Assembly (NCBI GenBank): GCA_964021785.1
Contig: CAXIAX010000005.1
Span: forward strand, 1 to 59,676
DNA length: 59,676 bases
Direction of reading: 5' to 3'
DNA from: an uncultured Flavobacteriales bacterium
Lineage (GTDB): Bacteria; Bacteroidota; Bacteroidia; Flavobacteriales_D; CAJJDF01
Under the pieces are notes generated by a model. The model was not told the DNA's origin. It searched no databases and worked only from the letters and a program-made list of their open reading frames with translations. Below are positions 39,022-47,584 of this stretch, in pieces. Every line of letters starts with the position of its first letter. Position 1 is the stretch's first letter. Both the position numbers and the translations under genes were made by a program.

Positions 39022-39678
39022 TTACTTGGTTGCAATAACTACAGAAGCATTAATATCTACTTCACTCCATGTTTTGCTTACTCCATCTGCTCCTTTGTGT
39101 AAATCAAAACAAGCTACATTCAATGAATCCATTGCTTCCTGTCCATTCCATTCCATTACATTAACAGTAGTAGAAATAAACATAGAATCTCCTTTCATTG
39201 TATAATCGTAAGGCACGTCACATGTTTTTCCGTTCATAGTCAAATCCATAACACCTTTCCCTTCTTCCATGTTTGCTCCATGTCCGTGAAAAGTTCCTGT
39301 TAAGAATTCTGTATTGTCCATAACTCCAAAAAACAGATTAATTAATTTATTATCTCTTATTGAATTATTACTAAAAAGACTAGTAACTGGAACAGAAAAA
39401 GAAACGTTATTAATTGCTTTTTCTTTTTCATCTGCTAACTCTGAGGCTGTGATGTTTATTTTTCCAAACTCTCCACTTACCCCTACTTTTTCAGTTGTTT
39501 TATAAGCTGTCCAGTTTAAAGAAATTGACTCGGCATCTATTTGGTATTTTACCTCGTTTGCTCCAGTCACTTCTTCTTTTACTTTTTCTTCTCCACAAGA
39601 AAACAGTCCTAAACACATTGCAAGTACTCCTAATTTTATTATTCTCATTTTTTTAGTTTTTGGTTTATTCAAATTCAA
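39022..39678 (-). CDS. YceI-family lipoprotein (polyisoprenoid-binding-like)
   Basis: 218 aa. Lipobox LGLFSC and a YceI-like core (FSVPVTSLFSNNSIRDNKL). Confidence 0.8.
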   Translation of the reverse strand: MNLNKPKTKKMRIIKLGVLAMCLGLFSCGEEKVKEEVTGANEVKYQIDAESISLNWTAYKTTEKVGVSGEFGKINITASELADEKEKAINNVSFSVPVTSLFSNNSIRDNKLINLFFGVMDNTEFLTGTFHGHGANMEEGKGVMDLTMNGKTCDVPYDYTMKGDSMFISTTVNVMEWNGQEAMDSLNVACFDLHKGADGVSKTWSEVDINASVVIATK

Positions 39679-40165
39679 TTAATACAGCATTTTTATCTAC
39701 CGTAGTTGCTTTTTCTGCTTTTATAGATTTTATAATCCCGTCTATCGGAGATTTTAGAACATTCTCCATCTTCATTGCTTCCAAAATTAAAATAGTATCT
39801 CCGGCTTTTACGGCTTGCCCTTTTTCTACCTCAATAGAAATTACTAGTCCTGGCATTGGAGCTTTTACATCTTTTACAACTTTGGTAGCCATATTGCTCA
39901 TCCCAAGTTCCTTCAGTAATAAATCATACTTATCCTTAAGCGAAACTTTATAAGTTCTATTGTTTACTTTTAATACCGCTTCCTTTTTCTCTTTATCAAA
40001 AGATACATTCTCGATACTATAAGATTTATTATCTAGAATTAAATGCTTTTTAGATTCCGATAAAGAAATAATATCCAATTTTTTGGATTCTGAATTTAGG
40101 TTAACTTCATTCTCAGAAACGATTTCTACATCAAATTCTGATTGATTTACTTTTGCTTTTATCAC
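39665..40165 (-). CDS. Biotin carboxyl carrier-type protein (biotin/lipoyl attachment domain)
   Basis: 166 aa. C-terminal biotinyl domain with the EAMKMEN motif. Overlaps the yceI-like gene by 14 nt. Confidence 0.8.
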   Translation of the reverse strand: MIKAKVNQSEFDVEIVSENEVNLNSESKKLDIISLSESKKHLILDNKSYSIENVSFDKEKKEAVLKVNNRTYKVSLKDKYDLLLKELGMSNMATKVVKDVKAPMPGLVISIEVEKGQAVKAGDTILILEAMKMENVLKSPIDGIIKSIKAEKATTVDKNAVLIEFE

Positions 40166-40344
40166 GATTCAATATTTTAGTAAAGATATTAAAAATATCT
40201 ATTATAATATCTGTATTTTAACCTCATTATAAAGGTAAAGTTGACATTTAATTAAAGGAAATTAATTCCATAAAAAACCAATTCACTACTTTTAGGCATT
40301 ATTGTTGTAAACTGAACTAGTAAATTAATAAAAATCCCTCTCTT

Positions 40345-41274
40345 TTGAATTTATACAATTCGTCATTTCTTAGCCATTTCACACTACTAGCATCTTTATG
40401 CCTAGTTGTGCTATTGCCAAGTCTTGCACAATCCCAATTTGTAGAAAATACAAAAGGCCAAATTATTAAAGAAGAACCTTTCTTTAACCCTGAAGCTCTC
40501 AAAAGGAAAAGAATTAAATCTATTGAAATTACTTTTTTTGAAAAGAAAGAACTTAGAGGTATTAATCAAATAAAAGGAAAAGTAAAACATTATTTATTTG
40601 ATGAAGAAGGCAGAATAGCTAGATATTATTATACCAATAATAATTACTCTACAAAAAAAGATACTATGGTAGAATGGCGTTATTACAAAAACAACAAACT
40701 TACTACTATAAAAAAAGGGAACAACAAGAATATTAAAGTGCAGAGTATCTTTTACGAAGACAACAAACCTTCTATCTATATTCATGGTTCCTCCTATAAC
40801 ATAAGCAACAACCTTACTACCATAAAAATAAACAGTTATCAAGAAAAACGAGCAGAATACATAAACTACTCTACCTTACCAAATGGGGACGAAGTAACAG
40901 AATGGTGCCAAACAGACAAAACTGTTTTTGAAAAACTAGTAACCTCACGTAAAGATAGCTCTACCTATAAAGAAACACGTAGTTTCCCAACTAAGGACAA
41001 TGAATTTATTAGCTATGAATATACCTACAAGGATAACCTACTTACCAAAATGGTTGAGGAATATTCTCAATATCCAGACTATTACTACCATTTCTATTAC
41101 GATTCTAATTTAAGACTAGTAGGCTACTCTAAATACAGTGCCAAGTGGAGATCAGAAATTGAAGTGACAGAATTATTATATGCCGAAGGAACAGGGAATC
41201 TACAAGCAGTTTTGTCTAAAAACAAAATAAATAACTCTATTAAAATTAAAAAGTTTAATTATACTTACTTTTAA
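40345..41274 (+). CDS. Secreted hypothetical protein with Tyr-rich beta-hairpin-like repeats
   Basis: 309 aa, TTG start, signal peptide (LLASLCLVVLLPSLAQSQ). Recurrent Y-x-Y-(D/K)-x-N-x-L segments (YEYTYKDNLLTK, YHFYYDSNLRLVGY). Confidence 0.6.
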   Translation: MNLYNSSFLSHFTLLASLCLVVLLPSLAQSQFVENTKGQIIKEEPFFNPEALKRKRIKSIEITFFEKKELRGINQIKGKVKHYLFDEEGRIARYYYTNNNYSTKKDTMVEWRYYKNNKLTTIKKGNNKNIKVQSIFYEDNKPSIYIHGSSYNISNNLTTIKINSYQEKRAEYINYSTLPNGDEVTEWCQTDKTVFEKLVTSRKDSSTYKETRSFPTKDNEFISYEYTYKDNLLTKMVEEYSQYPDYYYHFYYDSNLRLVGYSKYSAKWRSEIEVTELLYAEGTGNLQAVLSKNKINNSIKIKKFNYTYF

Positions 41275-41276
41275 GA

Positions 41277-41504
41277 ATGAGCGAAACTACTATAGAATAT
41301 CTAGGCTACTTAGCCATGGCACTTATTGGAATCTCATTTTTAATGAAAGACATTAGAAAGCTAAGGCTTTTGAATTTAATTGGAGCTATCTTATTTATCA
41401 TTTATGGAGTACTACTGAGCCAACCCCCAATTTACCTTCTAAACTCCTTTATTGTATTGGTAAATTTATACTATTTGTTTCAAAAAAGAGAGACTACAAA
41501 ATAA
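41277..41504 (+). CDS. Small membrane protein (2-3 TM)
   Basis: 75-aa hydrophobic ORF that starts 2 nt after the preceding stop. Confidence 0.6.
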   Translation: MSETTIEYLGYLAMALIGISFLMKDIRKLRLLNLIGAILFIIYGVLLSQPPIYLLNSFIVLVNLYYLFQKRETTK

Positions 41505-41552
41505 TTTGGCACATTGTTTGTTTTATTAGTACCAAAGAATAAAACAAAAATT

Positions 41553-42389
41553 ATGAAACGTTTAGCCCAAACAATCAAAATATCAGGAATACTTATTGCA
41601 AGTATGCTTTTATCATCTAGCTCAAATGCATTAGCAAATGGAGAAATAAAAGCTATAAAAGCAGAAAAAGCAGCTAAATACAGAACTATAGCACACAATG
41701 CTTTTAAAGCTGGAGAAAAACTAACCTATAGAATGCATTACGGATTAGTAGATGCAGGAGAAGCAATACTAGAAGTTAAAGGAACCGACAAAAAAGTAAA
41801 AGGAAGAAGTCTACTACACGTAGTTGGAACCGGAAGAACTTTAGGAGCTTTTAATTGGGTATTCAAAGTTAGGGATAGATACGAAAGCTATATTGACTCT
41901 GAAGGAGTATTTCCATGGATGTTTATAAGAAGAGTAGATGAAGGAGGGTTTAAAATAAACCAAGATTACATTTTCAAACAAGACACTAAAAAAGTAAAAA
42001 CACAGGACAAAAAAGAATATGATGTCCCTGCAGGAATTCAGGACATGTTATCTTCATTTTATTATGCAAGAACATTAGATTACAAAAATGCAAAAGTTAA
42101 TACCGAATTTGAAATGGACATGTTTATAGATAACGAAGTATTTCCATTCAAAATAAAATACCTAGGCACTGAAACAATCAAGACTAGAAAAGGAAAATTT
42201 GATTGTATAAAATTAAGACCATTAATGATGAAAGGGAGAGTATGGGAAGATGAAGAGAGTATGACAATATGGGTAACAAATGACAACAACAAAGTACCTG
42301 TATTATTGGAAACAAAAATTGCTGTAGGATCAGTAAAGGCAACACTTACAGGATGGGAAGGATTAGTAAACCCATTAAAAGCAAAATAA
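41553..42389 (+). CDS. Secreted hypothetical protein (DUF3108-like)
   Basis: Signal peptide begins at Met14 of the tracked ORF (MKRLAQTIKISGILIASMLL). The segment GEKLTYRMHYGLVDAGEAILEV resembles DUF3108 proteins as far as I recall them. Confidence 0.6.
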   Translation: MKRLAQTIKISGILIASMLLSSSSNALANGEIKAIKAEKAAKYRTIAHNAFKAGEKLTYRMHYGLVDAGEAILEVKGTDKKVKGRSLLHVVGTGRTLGAFNWVFKVRDRYESYIDSEGVFPWMFIRRVDEGGFKINQDYIFKQDTKKVKTQDKKEYDVPAGIQDMLSSFYYARTLDYKNAKVNTEFEMDMFIDNEVFPFKIKYLGTETIKTRKGKFDCIKLRPLMMKGRVWEDEESMTIWVTNDNNKVPVLLETKIAVGSVKATLTGWEGLVNPLKAK

Positions 42390-42413
42390 TAACACATTAA
42401 ACATAGGGCAAGA

Positions 42414-42452
42414 AAGCCGGGTCTGAAGATTAGTAGGACTCGGTTATTCTAT
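42414..42452 (+). terminator. Probable terminator hairpin after the DUF3108-like gene
   Basis: AAGCCGGGTC...GACTCGGTT stem with G-U pairs, followed by a T-rich stretch (TTATTCTATTT). Confidence 0.45.
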
Positions 42453-42518
42453 TTACAATGAGCAAGAAAAAAGTGCAACAAATTAATATAAAAAGTGTAC
42501 TAGCTTAAATAATTTGTT

Positions 42519-42526
42519 TATTTTTG
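42519..42526 (+). promoter_or_regulatory. Candidate Bacteroidota -7 promoter box upstream of gcvH
   Basis: TATTTTTG matches TAnnTTTG, 18 nt before the ATG at 42544. Confidence 0.35.
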
Positions 42527-42543
42527 GAAAAACAATTTACAAA

Positions 42544-42921
42544 ATGAATACACCAGAAAATTTAAAGTACACAAAAGACCACGAATGGGTTTTAATTGAA
42601 GGAGATATAGCTACTGTAGGAATTACAGATTTTGCACAAGGTGAACTTGGAGAAATCGTTTACGTAGAAATAGAAACTGAAGGAGAAACATTAGAAATAG
42701 AAGAGGTTTTTGGAACTATTGAAGCTGTTAAAACTGTATCTGATTTATTCATGCCAATTTCAGGAGAAATTATTGAATTCAATTCTAAATTGGAAGAAAC
42801 TCCAGAAGCTGTGAATGAAGACCCATACAATGCAGGATGGATGATAAAAATAAAAATTGCTGATGACTCACAAATAGGTGAATTATTAGATGCTGAAGCT
42901 TACAAAGCACTTATTGGATAA
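42544..42921 (+). CDS. gcvH: Glycine cleavage system protein H
   Basis: Lipoyl-lysine motif EAVKTVSD. Starts at Met11 of the tracked ORF ([15 protein letters not shown]). Confidence 0.93.
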   Translation: MNTPENLKYTKDHEWVLIEGDIATVGITDFAQGELGEIVYVEIETEGETLEIEEVFGTIEAVKTVSDLFMPISGEIIEFNSKLEETPEAVNEDPYNAGWMIKIKIADDSQIGELLDAEAYKALIG

Positions 42922-43012
42922 GTAAGAAATGTATAAAATTTCTTAAAATTCAATTTGAATTAATACGATTGTGATAAAAATTTAGTATTTTCATCACAAC
43001 AATACTTACAAC

Positions 43013-43687
43013 ATGGAATTAAAAAAAACAGAGGAAGCAAGTATAGAAAGAAAAAAAGTATCCCTATTCTTATTAGGTTTACTGGCAGCTTCTATTCTTA
43101 TCTTGTTAACTTTTGAGTTAAGGTCTGCCAATATTGGCGAGAGAGACTTACCAGAGGAAAAAGCCGGTATGGAAGATGAAATCATTGAAATGGTAGTGCT
43201 AGAAAACATAGTACCACCACCACCGCCACCACCACCGCCACCACCACCAGAGCCGGAAGTGATTGAGGTAGTTGATGATAAAATCGAACTGAAAGAAGAA
43301 GCTATTGTTGAGGTGAAAGAAGTGGATCAAGAAATAGAAATATTTGAAGAACCAGAAGCACCTGTAGTGGAAGAAATATTTACTGTGGTTGAAAAACAAC
43401 CAAGTTTCCCGGGAGGTGACGAAAAGTTATTTGAATACTTAGGAAACAACATTAAGTACCCTCAAATGGCTAGAGAAGCTGGAGTAAAAGGTAAAGTTTA
43501 CGTTCAGTTCGTAGTAGAAAAAGATGGATCAATTACAGATATCAAAATTATAAGAGGTATAGGTAGTGGTTGTGACGAAGAAGCTAAAAGAGCCGTTAAG
43601 AAAATGCCTAAATGGCAACCAGGAGAACAAAGAGGAAAACCAGTACGTGTAAGATTTGTATTGCCAGTTAATTTCTCACTTCGTTAA
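43013..43687 (+). CDS. tonB: Energy transducer TonB
   Basis: 224 aa. TM anchor, poly-Pro spacer (P11 then EPE), C-terminal TonB domain (YPQMAREAGVKGKVYVQFVVEKDGSITDIKI). Confidence 0.85.
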   Translation: MELKKTEEASIERKKVSLFLLGLLAASILILLTFELRSANIGERDLPEEKAGMEDEIIEMVVLENIVPPPPPPPPPPPPEPEVIEVVDDKIELKEEAIVEVKEVDQEIEIFEEPEAPVVEEIFTVVEKQPSFPGGDEKLFEYLGNNIKYPQMAREAGVKGKVYVQFVVEKDGSITDIKIIRGIGSGCDEEAKRAVKKMPKWQPGEQRGKPVRVRFVLPVNFSLR

Positions 43688-43772
43688 ACTAAAAATAAGT
43701 ACCATTAAATAATTAACGAAGAAAATTCTAACAGATTAAACAAAAATTTGTATATTAGTACAAGATAACAAG

Positions 43773-44015
43773 ATGAAAAAAATAATTTACATAGGAATTT
43801 TAGCTGCTGTATCGCTATTCAGTTGTTCAAAAGAACAGCCTTTTAGTCCTGCATCTTCTTCTGACACTATAGAATCTTCTCAATTTACAGGAGATCCTGG
43901 ACTTATAATCGTTAGTGATTGTGGTTCTAATTGTGGAGGTACTAATGAAACAGGTGACATTACAGATCCTGAAAAAGAAGATAAAGAAAAAACAAACAAA
44001 AAAGCTAAAATCTAG
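43773..44015 (+). CDS. Small hypothetical lipoprotein
   Basis: 80 aa. Lipobox SLFSC, then a Ser/Gly/Cys-rich and acidic/basic tail. Confidence 0.55.
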   Translation: MKKIIYIGILAAVSLFSCSKEQPFSPASSSDTIESSQFTGDPGLIIVSDCGSNCGGTNETGDITDPEKEDKEKTNKKAKI

Positions 44016-44032
44016 ATTAAACAATATGTTTT

Positions 44033-44068
44033 AAAACCATCCCGATTTGTCGTGGATGGTTTTTTTTA
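44033..44068 (+). terminator. Rho-independent terminator
   Basis: AAAACCATCC...GGATGGTTTT stem followed by a T8 run. Confidence 0.8.
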
Positions 44069-44102
44069 TGCTCATTAATTTCTAACTTAATAAATATAGA
44101 GA

Positions 44103-45677
44103 ATGGCAAACAAATATTCTGACCATGTATTCCAATTGATAAAGTCTTTATCAAAAGCCGAAAAAAGGTATTTCAAATTATTTGTAGCTAGACACACCTC
44201 TTCCACTTCTTCACCAAACAATGCGCAAGTGTTATTTGACATGATGGAAAAAATGGATTCCTATGACGAAGAGGAATTATTAAGTAAACTTAAAAACAAA
44301 GCATTTACAAATAAGTTTTCTATTACCAAAGCCAGACTTTACGATACTATTCTAAAAAGTCTTGATGCTTACTATTCCGAAAAATCAAAAGACCAATTAA
44401 TTCGTAATGAACTACATTACATTGAAATTCTCTTTAATAAGTCATTATACAAACAATGTAAAAAAAGAATATTATCGGCAAAAAAACAAGCTGTTAAATA
44501 CAACAAGAACAACTTACTTGCCGAATTAATAATTTGGGAGAAACAATTGATAGAGAAAGACAATTATCAATCTGTAGATGCATCTAAAATTAAATCCATT
44601 TCTGCAGAAGAACAAGACATCTTAAAAACAGTAACTATAAAATCTCAACTATGGGAGCTAAAGTCCTTACTATTTCAGCAGCTAAACAAAATAGGTAGAG
44701 CCAGATCTGAGGAAGAAGTAAACTTATTGAAAAATGAAATTGGAAAAAAAGTATCTGAAATAAAAATTCCAAAGAATAAAATTGGATTACACTATTTATT
44801 CAACCACATACAGGGTGCATATTTCTTTGCTATTTATGACTATAAAAGTAGTTTAAAGTCGGTATTGAAAACGATTCAACTGATTGAGGAAAATCCGAAT
44901 GAATTCTCTGATGAACCCAACATTCTTATTTCTACTTTGACGAACGGAGTATATTTATCAATGAAAAACTCGGACATAGAACAAGCTCAAGAACTATATA
45001 ATAAACTCAAGATACTTTACAAAACTCAAGAGGAGAATGGCAGCAAGGACATAGTATTGAAGATTAAATCTAGCCTGCTAAGTCTGGAGCTTTTACTCGT
45101 AAAATTAACTTGCGACTTTAAAGAGTTTGATAAATTATACCCTGTAATTTGTTCTTTTATAGATGAAAACAAGCAAAAAATAAATGATTCGCGATTAGCG
45201 TTTTTGTACTACAACATGGCTCACATTCTATTTATTCAAGATAAATTTAGTGAATCATTAAGATGGACCAATAGTTTACTTAACGATATTGATATAGACA
45301 AGGCTCAAGAAATTTATTCCTTTGCCGAGATTTTAAATCTATTTATTCATCTAGAATTAGACAACAAAGAATTAGTAAACTACACGATAAAATCTACCAA
45401 ACGATTTCTTAAGACAAGAAACAAACTATTTGAATACGAAACAATTGTATTGAAATTTATACAAAAAGTAAGTGGATTTAATTTTGACAAATACGACATG
45501 GAAGACCAATTGGAAAGCCTTGTTACTAGTTTGAATGCCGAAACCAAAAGTACTTTTGAAAATATTCCTTTCGAATACTTCAATTGTCTTGCTTGGGCAG
45601 AATCTAAATTAAAAAAGAAAAATCTTAGCCAAATAACGAAGGAACAAAATATTGAATTTGTTGGATTCAAGTTTTAA
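44103..45677 (+). CDS. Hypothetical helical protein (no recognisable domain)
   Basis: 524-aa ORF with Lys/Glu/Leu-rich, helix-repeat-like composition. No signal peptide or TM segment. Confidence 0.65.
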   Translation: MANKYSDHVFQLIKSLSKAEKRYFKLFVARHTSSTSSPNNAQVLFDMMEKMDSYDEEELLSKLKNKAFTNKFSITKARLYDTILKSLDAYYSEKSKDQLIRNELHYIEILFNKSLYKQCKKRILSAKKQAVKYNKNNLLAELIIWEKQLIEKDNYQSVDASKIKSISAEEQDILKTVTIKSQLWELKSLLFQQLNKIGRARSEEEVNLLKNEIGKKVSEIKIPKNKIGLHYLFNHIQGAYFFAIYDYKSSLKSVLKTIQLIEENPNEFSDEPNILISTLTNGVYLSMKNSDIEQAQELYNKLKILYKTQEENGSKDIVLKIKSSLLSLELLLVKLTCDFKEFDKLYPVICSFIDENKQKINDSRLAFLYYNMAHILFIQDKFSESLRWTNSLLNDIDIDKAQEIYSFAEILNLFIHLELDNKELVNYTIKSTKRFLKTRNKLFEYETIVLKFIQKVSGFNFDKYDMEDQLESLVTSLNAETKSTFENIPFEYFNCLAWAESKLKKKNLSQITKEQNIEFVGFKF

Positions 45678-45753
45678 GAATCTATTCGTTTTTGGACTCC
45701 ATAATTAATTAAAATAAACCTTACTTTCCTTTACAAGCCATAGTTTTTTTGAC

Positions 45754-45761
45754 TATTTTTG
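45754..45761 (+). promoter_or_regulatory. Candidate Bacteroidota -7 promoter box upstream of sufA
   Basis: TATTTTTG matches TAnnTTTG, 31 nt before the ATG at 45792. It is embedded in short inverted repeats (ATAGT-N7-ACTAT, CATAG...CTATG). Confidence 0.4.
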
Positions 45762-45791
45762 CTATGTAGAATTATTATAAATAATAACGCA

Positions 45792-46115
45792 ATGATTAAA
45801 GTAAGTGATAACGCAAAAAAACAAGCCATTCGTCTTATGGAAGATGAGGGGCAAATAGACTACTTTATCCGTGTTGGAGTGAAAGGAGGTGGGTGTTCTG
45901 GATTAATGTACGAACTTAATTTTGACAATCAAATTCACGAAACTGACAAAGAGATAGAAGATAACGGAATAAAAGTAGTAGTAGATAAAAAGAGCTATTT
46001 GTATTTAATCGGGACCGAACTAGATTACTCGGGAGGATTGAACGGAAAAGGATTTGTATTTTCAAACCCTAATGCAGATAGAACGTGTGGATGTGGAGAG
46101 AGTTTTTCTCTATAA
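45792..46115 (+). CDS. sufA: Iron-sulfur cluster insertion/assembly A-type carrier (SufA/IscA/ErpA family)
   Basis: Starts at Met12 of the tracked ORF (MIKVSDNAKK). C-terminal CGCGESF motif plus the upstream Cys in GGGCSG. Confidence 0.88.
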   Translation: MIKVSDNAKKQAIRLMEDEGQIDYFIRVGVKGGGCSGLMYELNFDNQIHETDKEIEDNGIKVVVDKKSYLYLIGTELDYSGGLNGKGFVFSNPNADRTCGCGESFSL

Positions 46116-46134
46116 TTTTTTTTAAGCAACAGCA

Positions 46135-47583
46135 ATGAATACTAAATATACAGAAGACGATTTAAAGGAAGACTTGAAAACTCAAGAATATGAGTTTGGA
46201 TTTACAACAGATGTAAAATCTGAAAAGATTCCTAAAGGACTTAACGAAGATATTATTCGATTGATTTCTAGTAAAAAAAATGAGCCGGAGTGGCTTCTTG
46301 ATTTTAGATTGAAATCATTTGAAATTTGGAAAAACATGGAAGAGCCAGATTGGGCTCATGTGAAATATGAAAAACCAGATTTTCAAGATATAATTTATTA
46401 TTCTTCGCCATCTAAAGAAGAAAAAAACTGGGAAGATATTGATCCAGAAATAAAAGCTACAATGGATAAGCTTGGAATTTCTATGGATGAGCAAAAGAAA
46501 CTACAAGGAGTTGCTGTAGATTTTGTAATGGACTCTGTATCAGTTGCTACTTCATTCAAAGAAAAACTAGGAGAATTAGGAATTATATTTGGATCATTTA
46601 GTGATGCTGTACAAAACCACCCAGAGTTAGTTAAAAAATATTTGGGAACTGTTGTGCCACAAACTGATAATTTTTATGCTGCATTAAATTCAGCTGTGTT
46701 TACAGATGGATCTTTCTGTTACATACCAAAGGGAGTTAAATGCCCTATGGAATTATCTACCTATTTTAGAATAAACGAAGCAAATACAGGACAGTTTGAA
46801 AGAACTTTACTTATTGCAGATGAAGAAAGTTATGTAAGTTATTTGGAGGGATGTACTGCCCCAATGAGAGACGAAAACCAATTGCATGCTGCAGTTGTTG
46901 AGTTAGTTTCATTGGCTGGAGCAGAGATTAAATACTCTACAGTACAAAACTGGTATCCTGGAGATAAAGATGGAAAAGGAGGTATTTTTAACTTTGTTAC
47001 AAAGAGAGGTCTTTGTGATGGATATAAATCAAAAATTTCTTGGACACAAGTAGAAACGGGATCGGCAATTACTTGGAAATACCCTTCTTGTATACTTAAA
47101 GGAGATTCTTCCATAGGAGAATTTTACTCTATTGCGGTTACCAATAATCACCAAATGGCTGATACAGGAACTAAGATGATTCACTTGGGTAAAAACTCAA
47201 AAAGTACCATAATCTCTAAAGGTGTTTCGGCTGGTAAAAGTCAAAATTCTTACAGAGGATTGGTTCAAATAAACAAGAATGCTACTAACTCTCGTAACTT
47301 CTCGCAATGTGATTCATTGCTAATGACAGACGAGTGTGGAGCACATACTTTCCCATACATTGAGTGTAACAACAGTAGTTCTAAAATAGAACACGAAGCT
47401 ACTACTTCTAAAATTGGAGAAGACCAACTATTTTATTGTAAGCAAAGAGGAATTAGCGAAGAAAAAGCTATTAGCCTTATTGTAAATGGTTATGCCAAAG
47501 ATGTTTTGAATAAACTCCCAATGGAATTTGCAGTAGAAGCTCAAAAACTACTTGAGATTTCTCTTGAAGGAAGTGTTGGGTAA
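46135..47583 (+). CDS. sufB: Fe-S cluster assembly protein SufB
   Basis: 482 aa with an overall SufB-like sequence ([28 protein letters not shown]). Confidence 0.95.
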   Translation: MNTKYTEDDLKEDLKTQEYEFGFTTDVKSEKIPKGLNEDIIRLISSKKNEPEWLLDFRLKSFEIWKNMEEPDWAHVKYEKPDFQDIIYYSSPSKEEKNWEDIDPEIKATMDKLGISMDEQKKLQGVAVDFVMDSVSVATSFKEKLGELGIIFGSFSDAVQNHPELVKKYLGTVVPQTDNFYAALNSAVFTDGSFCYIPKGVKCPMELSTYFRINEANTGQFERTLLIADEESYVSYLEGCTAPMRDENQLHAAVVELVSLAGAEIKYSTVQNWYPGDKDGKGGIFNFVTKRGLCDGYKSKISWTQVETGSAITWKYPSCILKGDSSIGEFYSIAVTNNHQMADTGTKMIHLGKNSKSTIISKGVSAGKSQNSYRGLVQINKNATNSRNFSQCDSLLMTDECGAHTFPYIECNNSSSKIEHEATTSKIGEDQLFYCKQRGISEEKAISLIVNGYAKDVLNKLPMEFAVEAQKLLEISLEGSVG

Positions 47584-47584
47584 G

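Noticed and set aside
42390-42543. Possible glycine riboswitch upstream of gcvH
   Set aside because: I could not find the conserved glycine-riboswitch core elements or the tandem aptamer architecture. The region holds only a terminator-like hairpin and a -7 box candidate.
43210-43252. CCA/CCG trinucleotide repeat
   Set aside because: It is in-frame coding sequence for the poly-proline spacer of TonB, not a CRISPR array or a non-coding microsatellite.
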